Source of the DNA: an uncultured Actinomycetota bacterium
GTDB lineage: Bacteria > Actinomycetota > Actinomycetes > BP-191
Reading direction: 5' to 3'
DNA: 64,000 bases
Assembly: GCA_963765815.1 (NCBI GenBank)
Contig: CAVXXT010000008.1
Location: 90,811-154,810 of the forward strand
Shown: positions 29,061 through 41,044 of the stretch, piece after piece
Position numbering within the stretch: position 1 is the first letter of the stretch
Layout: each line of letters starts with the position of its first letter
Position numbers and translations under genes: made by a program
The notes under the pieces: model-generated
The model's database searches: none
What the model saw: the letters and a program-made list of their open reading frames with translations, nothing else
What the model was told of the DNA's origin: nothing

Positions 29061-29801
29061 TCACACGATCTGGCTGAGGTAGTGGGGGAGCATCGCCCGC
29101 CAGGTCGGCCAGTTGTGCTCGTAGTCCGGACCCCAGCCCTCGACCCGGTTGGGCACGCCCTTCGCGCCGAGCACCTCCGCCACCCGCCACGACTGACCGA
29201 TGTCCTCGTAGTCGCCCTCGCCGGACGCCAGGACGACGTACCGCGAGCGCAGCGTCTCCAGGAGCTCCCCGTCCAGTCCGGGCATGAAGTCGAGGGGCGA
29301 GGAGTAGAAGAGGTCGTCGTCCCACTGACCGTCCATGAAGCGGCTGATGTCGTAGGTCCCGCTCATGCAGATGGCGTGCGTGAAGACGTCGGGGTAGCGG
29401 CACTGCACGGCGAGCGCGTTGAACGCGCCGATCGACGATCCGGTCGCGATCACGCCGATCGACTCGCTCCCGCAGTCGGTCCGGATCGCCGGCACCAGCT
29501 CGTGCCGGACGAACTCGTGGAAGCCGTTGAGCAGCCACGTGCGGTAGCGCGGGGTGCCTTCCTCGTTGACCATCGCCCGCCCGGCGACGCTGTCGCAGGA
29601 GTAGACCTTGATGCGGCCCCCCTCGACCAGCTCGCCGAGCGCGTCGACCAGGCGCATCCGCTCGATCTCCTCGGCGTCCCCGCCGGCGGTCGGGAAGACG
29701 AGCACGGGCAGCCCGAACGTCCCCCATCGCGTGACCGAGATGTCGCGCTCGATGCGCGGCGAGTACCACCGGTTGAAGCTCTTCATCGGCGTTGCTCTCA
29801 T
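29061..29801 (-). CDS. Putative esterase-family alpha/beta hydrolase (esterase D/enterochelin-esterase-like)
   Basis: GSSIGA nucleophile elbow. ATG 29801 overlaps the stop of the upstream paralog (ATGA). Confidence 0.7.
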   Translation of the reverse strand: MRATPMKSFNRWYSPRIERDISVTRWGTFGLPVLVFPTAGGDAEEIERMRLVDALGELVEGGRIKVYSCDSVAGRAMVNEEGTPRYRTWLLNGFHEFVRHELVPAIRTDCGSESIGVIATGSSIGAFNALAVQCRYPDVFTHAICMSGTYDISRFMDGQWDDDLFYSSPLDFMPGLDGELLETLRSRYVVLASGEGDYEDIGQSWRVAEVLGAKGVPNRVEGWGPDYEHNWPTWRAMLPHYLSQIV

Positions 29802-30883
29802 TCGTAGACGAGACGGTGCGGGCCCGGGAAGAGCCAGGTGAGGCCTTCCCGCAACCGGTCCCGCCAACTCTGCCAGTTGTGCCCGTCACGCGACTCGACG
29901 TACCGGACGTCCATCCCGGTCGACTGCAGCAGCGGCACCATCGAGCGGTTGGGGTAGATCAGCGGCTCGTAGATGCCGCAGCTCATGAAGACGCGGTCGG
30001 CGACCTTGTGCGGTCGGTCGCGGAACGCGTTGACGAACTTCACGACCGGGTCGAACACCGGCCCGCCGCCGTGGTCCATCCCGATGTCGGTGAAGGCGAA
30101 GGACCCGGACTGCACCAGCAGCGAGCCGAACGCCTTGGGGTGGCGGGCGGCGGTCGACAGGGACGCGACGCCGCCGAAGCTCGACCCCATCACGCACCGG
30201 CCGGCGGGTGTGCCGATGAGCGGGAAGAGCCGCTCCATCTCCGGCACCAGCTCGCTCGTCACGAACCTGGCATGCCCGGCGTGGTTGGCGTACTCCCTGA
30301 GCCGATCGCCGGGGTCGATCAGCGCGACGACGACCGGCGCCATCTCGTTGCGGTGGATGAGGTTGTCGAGCACGGTGCCGAGCGACGCGTAGTTGAGGTA
30401 GTCGGTGCCGTCGTGGACGACGAGCAGCGGGTACGACGCCGCGCGCCGGAAGCGGGCGGGGAGGTAGACCTTCACCACGGCGTCTCGCTTGAGCGCCTTG
30501 CTCGGCACGACTACCTGCTCGAGCAGCCCCGGCCTGCTGTCGGGGTGGTGCTCGGCCCATGACGGCGGCTCGTAGCCCGCCGCGTGGCAGACGGAGTTGC
30601 TCCCCACGGGGTTCTGCGCGCGCAGGGGGTTCAGCGGGTCGTCGATGAGCTCGCCGTGTCCGCCCCGGACGACGTCGTACTTGTACTCCATGCGCGACGT
30701 CTCGGGCAGGTCGATGACGACGTACCAGAGGTCGGTGCCGTGGATGCGGCGCAGCGGCTGGTCGCCGGGCAGACCGTAGACGCTGTGCTTGAGCCAGACG
30801 GAGTCGGCCTCACCGCGGAAGAGGAAGGTGCATCGGGTGCCTTCGACGACCGGCACCGGGTGGGTGGCGAGGAACTCGTCCAC
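29798..30883 (-). CDS. Putative esterase-family alpha/beta hydrolase with N-terminal Ig-like domain (enterochelin-esterase-like architecture)
   Basis: 361 aa. N-terminal beta-sandwich region followed by the esterase domain (GSSFGG elbow). Confidence 0.7.
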   Translation of the reverse strand: MDEFLATHPVPVVEGTRCTFLFRGEADSVWLKHSVYGLPGDQPLRRIHGTDLWYVVIDLPETSRMEYKYDVVRGGHGELIDDPLNPLRAQNPVGSNSVCHAAGYEPPSWAEHHPDSRPGLLEQVVVPSKALKRDAVVKVYLPARFRRAASYPLLVVHDGTDYLNYASLGTVLDNLIHRNEMAPVVVALIDPGDRLREYANHAGHARFVTSELVPEMERLFPLIGTPAGRCVMGSSFGGVASLSTAARHPKAFGSLLVQSGSFAFTDIGMDHGGGPVFDPVVKFVNAFRDRPHKVADRVFMSCGIYEPLIYPNRSMVPLLQSTGMDVRYVESRDGHNWQSWRDRLREGLTWLFPGPHRLVYE

Positions 30884-30957
30884 CGCGGCGTGGTCGAGGT
30901 CGCGACGCTCCTTGAGCCGGTTGATCGCCAGCTTGGCGCCGCGACCCGAGGTGTCGC

Positions 30958-31923
30958 TCAGGCTGCCTCACCGCCCCGGGTCGTGAGCGCGCGGCCGTCC
31001 GGCCGGATCAGCCGCGCGCCGTCGAGGGTGACGTGCCCTCCATGAGCTGGGTCGCCGTCGACGACCGCGCGGGTGCCCTCGTCCAGAGCGAGGCACTTCA
31101 ACGGCGCGAACCGCCTTGCGAGGATCGCCATCCGGTCGCGGTCCTGCAGGTGCAGTCGATGCTGCGCGTCCGGCAGTGGGAGCACGCCGCGGCAGAGGCC
31201 GATCCCGGCGTCGAAGAGCTCGGCGTGCGCGGCGCCCTGCGGCGCCCGGTCGTGGAAGAGCACGATCCGCTCGGAGATCGCCATCGCGCCGGCGGACCAG
31301 GCGACGACCGGCCGGTCGCCGAGCGCCGCCCCCACGTTGAACATGTGCAGGCAGGCCTGCAGCACGCCGACGTGCCCGCCTGCAATCGCCAGGGATCCGG
31401 CGCGGCCGAGCAGCGCGGCCACCTCGTCACGATGAGCGGCGACGCCGGCCCGGGTGTGCGGCGGCCAGCGGTCGTAGAACTCGCCGTAGACCTCGCGGGT
31501 GACGCTGAAGTGGTGCTCGTCGAGAGCTCTGACCCCGTCGATGGCGTCAGCGAGCTCGGTGGCGTGGACCTCCGCGTGGCCGCCCCGGCGCTGGACGGCG
31601 TACGCCGCCTCCATCGCGTGGTCGAGTCGCAGCTGGTAGATCTCCTGCATCTCCTGGAGCACCGAGTCCCGCAGGCGGACGGCCTCGTGGTACTCCGGGT
31701 CGTGGTGCAGCACGTCGACCCATCGGCGGAACAGCTGCAGGTTGATCGTCGCGCCGCCGACGGCTGACTCCAGCACGGCGGAGTCGAGGTCGGCGTCTTC
31801 GGTCTCACGCTCTTCCCACCCCGCGGTGACGGTGGCGATCGGCCCGGGGATGTCGAGCGCGGCCAGGGTCTGGGGCAGGTTGGGCCGCGGCCCCTGCGGG
31901 CCGAGCAGGATGACTGTGCTCAT
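30958..31923 (-). CDS. Peptidase S51-like / type-1 glutamine-amidotransferase-like protein (cyanophycinase/dipeptidase E fold)
   Basis: 321 aa. Candidate nucleophile in VVAWSAGAMAIS. Assigned by pattern resemblance only. Confidence 0.45.
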   Translation of the reverse strand: MSTVILLGPQGPRPNLPQTLAALDIPGPIATVTAGWEERETEDADLDSAVLESAVGGATINLQLFRRWVDVLHHDPEYHEAVRLRDSVLQEMQEIYQLRLDHAMEAAYAVQRRGGHAEVHATELADAIDGVRALDEHHFSVTREVYGEFYDRWPPHTRAGVAAHRDEVAALLGRAGSLAIAGGHVGVLQACLHMFNVGAALGDRPVVAWSAGAMAISERIVLFHDRAPQGAAHAELFDAGIGLCRGVLPLPDAQHRLHLQDRDRMAILARRFAPLKCLALDEGTRAVVDGDPAHGGHVTLDGARLIRPDGRALTTRGGEAA

Positions 31924-31959
31924 CGAGCGCGGGACGACGCTGGCATCAGGTCTGCTTGC

Positions 31960-33183
31960 TCACCGGGCGTGCACGCCGACCGAGCGCCCGATCGCGTCGA
32001 GGATGCGGTGGCACTCGTCGAAGTCGGGGTGCTTCACCCGCACCCAGGCGTTGGCCATGTAGCCGGCCTCGACCGGCTGTGTCCCCGTGCCGACCGGCGG
32101 CAGGTGCGCGTCGATGATCCAGTCGCCGTACGCGCGCTGGACCTGATCGACGCCGATGTAGCCGGCGATGGTGCCGTCGCGGTCCGGGCGCAGCGCGACG
32201 ATGCCGGCGGAGTACTGCCGCGACGGCCGCTGCCCGACCTGGCCGTGCACGATCGCGTTGGCCCACTCGCGGTAGAGGTCGAAGTCGTTGGCGATGGAGT
32301 AGAGGTCCCACGCGCCGACGCCGGGCGGGCGGGCGCCGATCTCGGAGAACTTCAGGCCCTTCGGGCCGTAGAACCACTCCATGTGCGCGGCCGACGTGCC
32401 GATGCCGAGCGCCTGGATGACCCGCCGGCCCATCTCGCGAACCTCGTCGTACGCCGAGCTCGTGTCGATCTGGTTGGTGCAGATGAACTCCGGCGTCACG
32501 TTGCGCGTGCGCATCGCGTCGAGGACGTTCGGGTAGTAGTGCGACGCGAAGTCGAGCACCGGCTCACCGTCGACGCAGAGCGTGTCGTAGAAGCCCTCAT
32601 GGCCCTCGATGAACTCCTCGACGGCGATGCTCTCGGCGCCGCTCGCGCCGAGCTCGCCCAGGGCCGCGGCGAGCTGGCTCGGGTCGTCGGCGCGCACCGT
32701 GCCGGACGCGCCGGCTCCGCTGCGCGGCTTGAGGATGAGCGGGAAGCCGACCGCCTCGGCGAAGGCGTGCACCTCGGCCGCCGTCGACGCGGCGGTGCTC
32801 TGCGCGCACGGCACTCCGGCGTCGCGCAGCACCTCCTTCATCGTCGGCTTGTCGCGGCAGAGGTACGCCGTGCGCACGCTGGTGCCGGGGATGCCGCAGT
32901 CCTCGCGCACCTGCGCGGTGGTCATGATGTGCGCCTCGATCGTGGCTTCCAGCCGGTCGACCCAGAGCTGGCTCTGCACGTAGCGGACCGTCTTGGTCAG
33001 CCAGTCGACGTTGGTCACCGAGCCGCACTGCTCGTAGTGGTCGAGCCAGCCCTTGAGCTCGTCGTCGAGCCAGTCGGCGGGACGCTCGCCGATGCCGATC
33101 ACCGTGGCGCCCACCTCGTGCAGGGCGCGCGCGAAGTGCCGCTGCGTGGCGGGGAAAGCCGGCTCGACCAAGATCACATTCAC
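31960..33183 (-). CDS. ATP-grasp ligase, paralog A
   Basis: 407 aa from GTG 33183. Pre-ATP-grasp N-domain plus ATP-grasp core. Shared motif HMEWF...EIGARPPG. Confidence 0.75.
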   Translation of the reverse strand: MNVILVEPAFPATQRHFARALHEVGATVIGIGERPADWLDDELKGWLDHYEQCGSVTNVDWLTKTVRYVQSQLWVDRLEATIEAHIMTTAQVREDCGIPGTSVRTAYLCRDKPTMKEVLRDAGVPCAQSTAASTAAEVHAFAEAVGFPLILKPRSGAGASGTVRADDPSQLAAALGELGASGAESIAVEEFIEGHEGFYDTLCVDGEPVLDFASHYYPNVLDAMRTRNVTPEFICTNQIDTSSAYDEVREMGRRVIQALGIGTSAAHMEWFYGPKGLKFSEIGARPPGVGAWDLYSIANDFDLYREWANAIVHGQVGQRPSRQYSAGIVALRPDRDGTIAGYIGVDQVQRAYGDWIIDAHLPPVGTGTQPVEAGYMANAWVRVKHPDFDECHRILDAIGRSVGVHAR

Positions 33184-33262
33184 GACTGCCGATCCTACCC
33201 ACGCGCGCGCACCGGCGAACCGGCCCGCACGCCTGCGCGTGACCGGGCTAGCCTCACGCCCC

Positions 33263-34489
33263 GTGACCGCTGTCGTGTTCGTCGCGCCGTTCCTCATGGA
33301 CGCGACGCTGCGCTTCGTCGCGGCGGCCGCCGAGCTGCCCGGCGTCGAGCTCGGACTGATCAGCCAGGACCCGGAGGACCGGATCCCGCCCGGCCTGCGG
33401 TCGCGCATCGCGGCTCACTACCGCGTGGCCGACGGCCTCGACCCGCAGCAGCTCGCCGATGCGACCAGGGCGCTGGCTGCGCGGATCGGGCCACCGGCTC
33501 GACTGGTCGGCGCGCTCGAGCAGCTGCAGGTGCCGCTCGCAGAGGTGCGGGAGGCGCTGGGCATCTCGGGCATGGACGTCGCGACGGCGATGAACTTCCG
33601 GGACAAGGCGCGGATGAAGACCGTGCTGCGCGCGCACGGCCTCCCCTGCGCGCGGCACGCCACCGCTGGTACGCCGGCCGACGTGGAGGGCTTCCTCGAC
33701 CAGGTCGGCTTCCCGATCGTGGTGAAGCCGCTCGCCGGTGCCGGGGCGCGGTCGACGTACCGGCTCAACGATGTCGAGGCGACCAGGGGCTGGCTGCACG
33801 CGCAGCCGCCCTCTCCCGACGACCCCGTGCTGCTCGAGGAGTTCATGACGGGCGAGGAGCACTCGTTCGACAGCGTGTTCCTCAACGGCGAGCCGGTGTT
33901 CCACTCGGTCTCGCGGTACGCGCCGGCGCCGCTCGAGGTGCTGCGCAACCCGTGGATGCAGTGGGTGGTGCTGCTGCCACGCGACATCAGCGGACCCGAG
34001 TACGACGACATCCGACTGGTCGCGGCGGCGTCGCTGCGCGCGCTCGGGCTGCGCACCGGGCTGACCCACATGGAGTGGTTCCGGCGTCCGGACGGCTCGG
34101 TCGCCGTGTCCGAGGTCGCGGCCCGTCCGCCGGGCGCGCAGATCACCACGCTGCTGTCCTACGCGCACGACGTCGACTTCTACTCGGCCTGGGCGGCGCT
34201 GATGTCGCTCGACCACTTCGTGCCACCGGAGCGGAAATACGCCGTCGGCGCGGCGTACCTCCGTGGTCAGGGGCGGGGCCGGGTGCAGGCGGTGCACGGC
34301 CTCGAGCAGCTGCAGCAGGAGCTCGGCCACCTCGTCGTCGAGGCCAAGCTGCCGGAGATCGGCCAGTCGCCGACCGGCACCTACGAGGGCGAGGGCTACG
34401 TGATCGTCCGCGACCCGGACACCGCCGTCGTCGAGCGAGCGCTGCACCGGATCGTCTCGGTCGCGCACATCGAGCTCGGCGAGGGGTAG
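33263..34489 (+). CDS. ATP-grasp ligase, paralog B
   Basis: GTG 33263. Same architecture and motifs (HMEWFRRPDGSVAVSEVAARPPGA). Confidence 0.75.
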   Translation: MTAVVFVAPFLMDATLRFVAAAAELPGVELGLISQDPEDRIPPGLRSRIAAHYRVADGLDPQQLADATRALAARIGPPARLVGALEQLQVPLAEVREALGISGMDVATAMNFRDKARMKTVLRAHGLPCARHATAGTPADVEGFLDQVGFPIVVKPLAGAGARSTYRLNDVEATRGWLHAQPPSPDDPVLLEEFMTGEEHSFDSVFLNGEPVFHSVSRYAPAPLEVLRNPWMQWVVLLPRDISGPEYDDIRLVAAASLRALGLRTGLTHMEWFRRPDGSVAVSEVAARPPGAQITTLLSYAHDVDFYSAWAALMSLDHFVPPERKYAVGAAYLRGQGRGRVQAVHGLEQLQQELGHLVVEAKLPEIGQSPTGTYEGEGYVIVRDPDTAVVERALHRIVSVAHIELGEG

Positions 34490-34498
34490 GGCGCTGCT

Positions 34499-35716
34499 GT
34501 GAACGTGCTGCTGATCGCGCCCGGCTACCCCGCGGAGATGCCGTTCTTCACCCGCGGTCTCGCGCGGACCGGCGTGCGCGTGATCGGGCTGGGCGACCAG
34601 CCCGTCTCGGCGCTGCCGGAGATGGCGCGCGAGCACCTGGCGCACTACCTCCAGGTCGGCTCGTTCGCCGACGAGGACGGCATCGTCGCCGAGGTGCTGC
34701 GGCAGGCGAGCTGGCTGCAGATCGCCCAGGTGGAGTGCCTCTGGGAGCCGATGATGGTGCTCGCCGCGCGGCTGCGCGAGGCGCTCGGGCTGCCTGGCAT
34801 GACCGTCGCGCAGACGATCCCGTTTCGCGACAAGGAGGTGATGAAGCAGGTCCTCGACGAGGCCGGGATCCGCACGCCGCGGCACTTCTCGACGACTTCC
34901 GGGGACGGCATCCGGCAGGCCGCCGAGGCGATCGGCTATCCCATCATCGTGAAGCCGATCGCCGGCGCGGGATCCGCCAACACCCACCGGGTCGAGTCGC
35001 GCGCCGAGCTCGAAGCGGTCATCCCTCAGCTGCGTCGCGTCGCGGAGGTGAGCGTCGAGGAGTTCATCGACGCTGAGGAGTTCACCTTCGACACGATCTG
35101 CGCCAACGGCGAGGTCCTCTACTACAACATCTGCTGGTACCGGCCGCGCCCACTCGTCGCCCGGCAGCTCGAGTGGGTCAGCCCGATGACCATCGCGCTG
35201 CGCGACCCCGACGTCGACCACCTCGCGGGTGGCCGCGAGATGGGCTGGCGGGTGCTGCAGGCGATGGGGTTCCGCGACGGCTTCACGCACATGGAGTGGT
35301 ACCGCAAGGCCGACGGCGAGGTCGTGTTCGGCGAGATCGGCGCGCGGCCGCCCGGGGCGCGCACGGTCGACGTCATGAACTTCACCGTCGACGACGACCT
35401 CTACTTCGGCTGGGCCAACGCGGTCGTGCACGGGTCGCTGCCGCATCCGGTGCAGAGGCGCTACAACGCCGCGTCGATCTTCAAGCGCGCGTCCGGGCAG
35501 GGCCGCATCCAGCACATCGAGGGACTCGGCCGGCTCATGTCCGAGTACGGCGAGCACGTGGTCGCCCTCGACCTGCTGCCGCTCGGCGCACCGCGGCGGG
35601 ACTGGCTGCAGACGCTGATCTCCGACGGCATGGTCGTCGTACGCCATCCGGAGCTGGCCGCGACGCTGGAGATCGCCGACCGCTTCGCCGGCGAGCTGCA
35701 GCTCTACGCGGGCTGA
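34499..35716 (+). CDS. ATP-grasp ligase, paralog C
   Basis: GTG 34499, 405 aa (HMEWYRKADGEVVFGEIGARPPGA). Confidence 0.75.
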   Translation: MNVLLIAPGYPAEMPFFTRGLARTGVRVIGLGDQPVSALPEMAREHLAHYLQVGSFADEDGIVAEVLRQASWLQIAQVECLWEPMMVLAARLREALGLPGMTVAQTIPFRDKEVMKQVLDEAGIRTPRHFSTTSGDGIRQAAEAIGYPIIVKPIAGAGSANTHRVESRAELEAVIPQLRRVAEVSVEEFIDAEEFTFDTICANGEVLYYNICWYRPRPLVARQLEWVSPMTIALRDPDVDHLAGGREMGWRVLQAMGFRDGFTHMEWYRKADGEVVFGEIGARPPGARTVDVMNFTVDDDLYFGWANAVVHGSLPHPVQRRYNAASIFKRASGQGRIQHIEGLGRLMSEYGEHVVALDLLPLGAPRRDWLQTLISDGMVVVRHPELAATLEIADRFAGELQLYAG

Positions 35717-35782
35717 CGCCACCCCGCCGCGGGCAGGTGTCGGCGTACCGGAGCAGGGAAGCCTTCCTCGCGGAGGTGGGTC

Positions 35783-36451
35783 ATGCGGAGGGTGCTGCGC
35801 GAGAACAGCCTGTCGCTCGTCCTGTTCTTCCTCTTCTTCACCTTCTTCTTCGTCGGGCAGTCCGTCGCAGGGCACCGCGAGTACAACGCGGAGCAGCGCG
35901 AGCACCGGGAGCCGACGGTCTCCTACTCGGCGTACCTGCACACCGCGCACTTCGGCGAGGCGACGTTCGAGAACTGGGAGAGCGAGTTCCTCCAGATGGG
36001 CGCGTACGTCCTGCTCACCGCGTTCCTGCACCAGAGGGGTTCGGCCGAGTCGAAGAAGCTGGACGAGGAGGAGCCGGTCGACGAGGACCCGCGGTCCGCG
36101 CCGATCAAGAAGGACACGCCGTGGCCGGTGCGGGCGGGCGGGCTGGTGCTGATGGTCTACGAGCACTCGCTGACGATCGCCCTGTTCGGGGTGTTCGCCG
36201 CCTCGATGCTCCTGCACGCCATGACGGGGGCGAGGGAGTACAGCGCTGAGGAGGCGGTGCACGGCGGAGCCGCGGTGGGGACCTGGCAGTACCTGCACAC
36301 GAGCCGGTTCTGGTTCGAGTCGCTGCAGAACTGGCAGAGCGAGTTCCTCGCCGTCTTCGCCATCGTCGTGTTGTCGATCTGGCTGCGGGAGAAGGGCTCG
36401 CCGGAGTCCAAGCCGGTGGCGGCGCCGCACTCGATGACGGGATCGGGCTGA
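35783..36451 (+). CDS. Membrane protein with internal tandem duplication
   Basis: 222 aa. Two repeats of the pattern REY(N/S)AE...ENWESEFL(Q/A)...hydrophobic helix. Confidence 0.5.
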   Translation: MRRVLRENSLSLVLFFLFFTFFFVGQSVAGHREYNAEQREHREPTVSYSAYLHTAHFGEATFENWESEFLQMGAYVLLTAFLHQRGSAESKKLDEEEPVDEDPRSAPIKKDTPWPVRAGGLVLMVYEHSLTIALFGVFAASMLLHAMTGAREYSAEEAVHGGAAVGTWQYLHTSRFWFESLQNWQSEFLAVFAIVVLSIWLREKGSPESKPVAAPHSMTGSG

Positions 36452-36597
36452 GCAGCCGGCCCTACGCCGTTCGGCGCAATTCGGGACATACCAACTGCTT
36501 CTGCCGGTGTGGTGTTCGGGTCTAGATGCCCCTCGCGCGTCGCGGGACGATTTCCCGGCAGCCTCGCCCCCAGACCGAGGCCGCAGGGGAGTGCTCC

Positions 36598-36789
36598 ATG
36601 CGCGGAATGGGCAGTAAGTACGACTACGACGCCCTCTCGTACCAGGCGGACGAGTCCAAGGACGCCGACACCTACTTCGCCGCCACCCCGTGCCGCGCCG
36701 TGCTTCATGCCGAGACGGTGAAGTCCCGCGCCACCCTCCTCCCGGAGAAGCCGACCGGCCTGCTGCGCAAGGCTCTCCGCCGCGCCTGA
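36598..36789 (+). CDS. Small hypothetical protein
   Basis: 63 aa. AGGGGAG SD 7 nt upstream of ATG. GC3-biased codons. Confidence 0.4.
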   Translation: MRGMGSKYDYDALSYQADESKDADTYFAATPCRAVLHAETVKSRATLLPEKPTGLLRKALRRA

Positions 36790-36874
36790 CGGACCGCGCC
36801 TGGCGCAATCCGCGACATCCGGGCGCTCCTCGCCGTACCGTGGCTGGACAGGCATACGTCGCAGCGCAGCGGAT

Positions 36875-37111
36875 ATGAGGTCGGTCGTGGGCAAGCGGAC
36901 GAGCAACCGGACCAGCGCCTTCGTGGTCGACTACGACAAGACCGAGGGCGCGCGCGAGCGGGAGAAGAACCCGCCGCCGAAGCCCAAGCCGCAGATCGAC
37001 TTCTACGTCGACACTCCCCACCGCTCGCGCCTCGTCGCCGCCGAGGCGGCGGAAGCGGCTGCGGTCGGCCCGGTGCGCCGCGCTCTTCGCGCGCTGCTGC
37101 ACCGCACGTAG
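36875..37111 (+). CDS. Small hypothetical protein
   Basis: 78 aa, GC3-biased, Pro/Lys-rich middle. Confidence 0.3.
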   Translation: MRSVVGKRTSNRTSAFVVDYDKTEGAREREKNPPPKPKPQIDFYVDTPHRSRLVAAEAAEAAAVGPVRRALRALLHRT

Positions 37112-37148
37112 CGATCGCTACGGCACCGGCGCGGGTGGCTCCGCCGGA

Positions 37149-39602
<2,454 letters not shown>

Positions 39603-39659
39603 GACGCGACACTCTAGGCGCGCTCGTATGCCGCCGGAGGCGACCGCCGATCGCGCGGA

Positions 39660-40934
39660 TCAGTCCTGGGGGTTGTTGGTGTAGGTGATGCCGAGGGGGC
39701 TGGTCCAGGTGACGGTGCCGTCTCTGGCTCTGATGACGTTCCAGCCGCCGTGGGTCTTGAGGCGGTGGTGTCTGCGGCACATGGGGGCGCAGTTGTGCTC
39801 GTCGGTGGGTCCGCCTTGGTCCCAGGGGATGGCGTGCTCGGTGTCGCATCTCTCGGCGGGTTGGTCGCAGTGCGGGAAGGTGCAGGTCTCGTCGCGGGCG
39901 GCGATGTGGTCGTCGAGGCGGCGGGTGGGGCGGTAGGCGGTGGTGCCGAGGCCGAGGAAGGTCTCGTCGGCGCTGTCGACGAGGAACGCGGTCCACTCGT
40001 TGTCGGCGGCGATGTCGCGGGCGGCTGAGGCGGGGATGGGGCCGTAGCCGCCGAGCTCGGCGGGGTCGTCGGCGAGGCCGCGGGCGGCCTGCGGGGTCAT
40101 CTTGATGAAGATCTGCGCGGGCCGACGCTTGCGGGTGGGGTTGCCGGGCTGTGCGAGGCCGAGGGTGGCCATGACGAGCAGGGCGTCGAAGCGCTTCTGC
40201 TCGAGGGTGCGGCCGTCGTCGTCCATGCGGCGGGCGAGGGTGTCGCAGGCCAGCGCGATGGTGGCGATGTCGGCGGCCGGGCCGTAGGCGTAGAGGGCGG
40301 CCATGCCGTCCTCGCGCGGGTAGGTCTCGATGTGCCGGTCGGTCTTGGCCTTGGTGTGCCGCTTCTCGAAGCCGTCCGGGTCGACTTTCGCGGCAGCGGT
40401 GGCGACCTTCTTCGCGAACTGCTTGGGGGTGACGTTCATCGCCTTGCCCAGCAGCTCGGCCTCGACCTGACGGGCCTGGGTGACGGTCAGCTCGCTGGTG
40501 CCGGCGGCGAGGTGCGCGGCGTGCTCGTAGGAGATCTTCCCGGCCAGCATCGCCGCGCGGGTGGCTTGGAGCCGGCTCTCGAACGCGCGGGCGGTGGTGA
40601 CCATCCGCTCGGCGTGATAGCCGCTGATCGTCAGCGCGCAGGAGATCTCCTCGCGGGCGGAGTCGATGCCGGACGCGGTGTCGCCGCAGCGCCTCGCGAT
40701 GGCGGCGACCAGGTCGAGCATGTGGGCGTCGTTGCGGGCCCGGTGCTCGGCGAGGGTCTGCAAAGCCTCGACCTGCTCGACCTCGCCCATCCGGCCGATC
40801 GGGATCGCGGCGACGGTGTCGGCGACCGCGCCGTCGGGGGTCATCGGCGACAGGGCGTTCAGCACGACCAGCGGCGGGGTCGCGCTGCGCGCGAACGCCT
40901 GGGCCGCTGGGCTTCTGAACCCAGTATCGAACAT
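39660..40934 (-). CDS. HNH endonuclease, DUF222 family
   Basis: DUF222-like N-terminal region. C-terminal HNH (CTFPHCDQPAERCDTEHAIPWDQGGPTDEHNCAPMCRRHHRLK). ATG 40934. Locally lower GC at the 5' end. Confidence 0.75.
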   Translation of the reverse strand: MFDTGFRSPAAQAFARSATPPLVVLNALSPMTPDGAVADTVAAIPIGRMGEVEQVEALQTLAEHRARNDAHMLDLVAAIARRCGDTASGIDSAREEISCALTISGYHAERMVTTARAFESRLQATRAAMLAGKISYEHAAHLAAGTSELTVTQARQVEAELLGKAMNVTPKQFAKKVATAAAKVDPDGFEKRHTKAKTDRHIETYPREDGMAALYAYGPAADIATIALACDTLARRMDDDGRTLEQKRFDALLVMATLGLAQPGNPTRKRRPAQIFIKMTPQAARGLADDPAELGGYGPIPASAARDIAADNEWTAFLVDSADETFLGLGTTAYRPTRRLDDHIAARDETCTFPHCDQPAERCDTEHAIPWDQGGPTDEHNCAPMCRRHHRLKTHGGWNVIRARDGTVTWTSPLGITYTNNPQD

Positions 40935-41044
40935 GCTTTCGATTGTGCACCTGCATCGTCTGGCGCGCAAGGGGTCTGGGGCCAATTTCTCGGCGGAATC
41001 AGACGAAGCGACAGGCGACTCGTGCGTCGTCATACGGTTGCGGG

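Noticed and set aside
30958-31923. Calling the S51-like gene a cyanophycinase (cphB) and the ATP-grasp genes cyanophycin synthetase
   Set aside because: CphA is a roughly 900-aa ATP-grasp plus Mur-ligase fusion. The ligases here are about 405 aa with no Mur-ligase domain, so a canonical cyanophycin locus is not supported.
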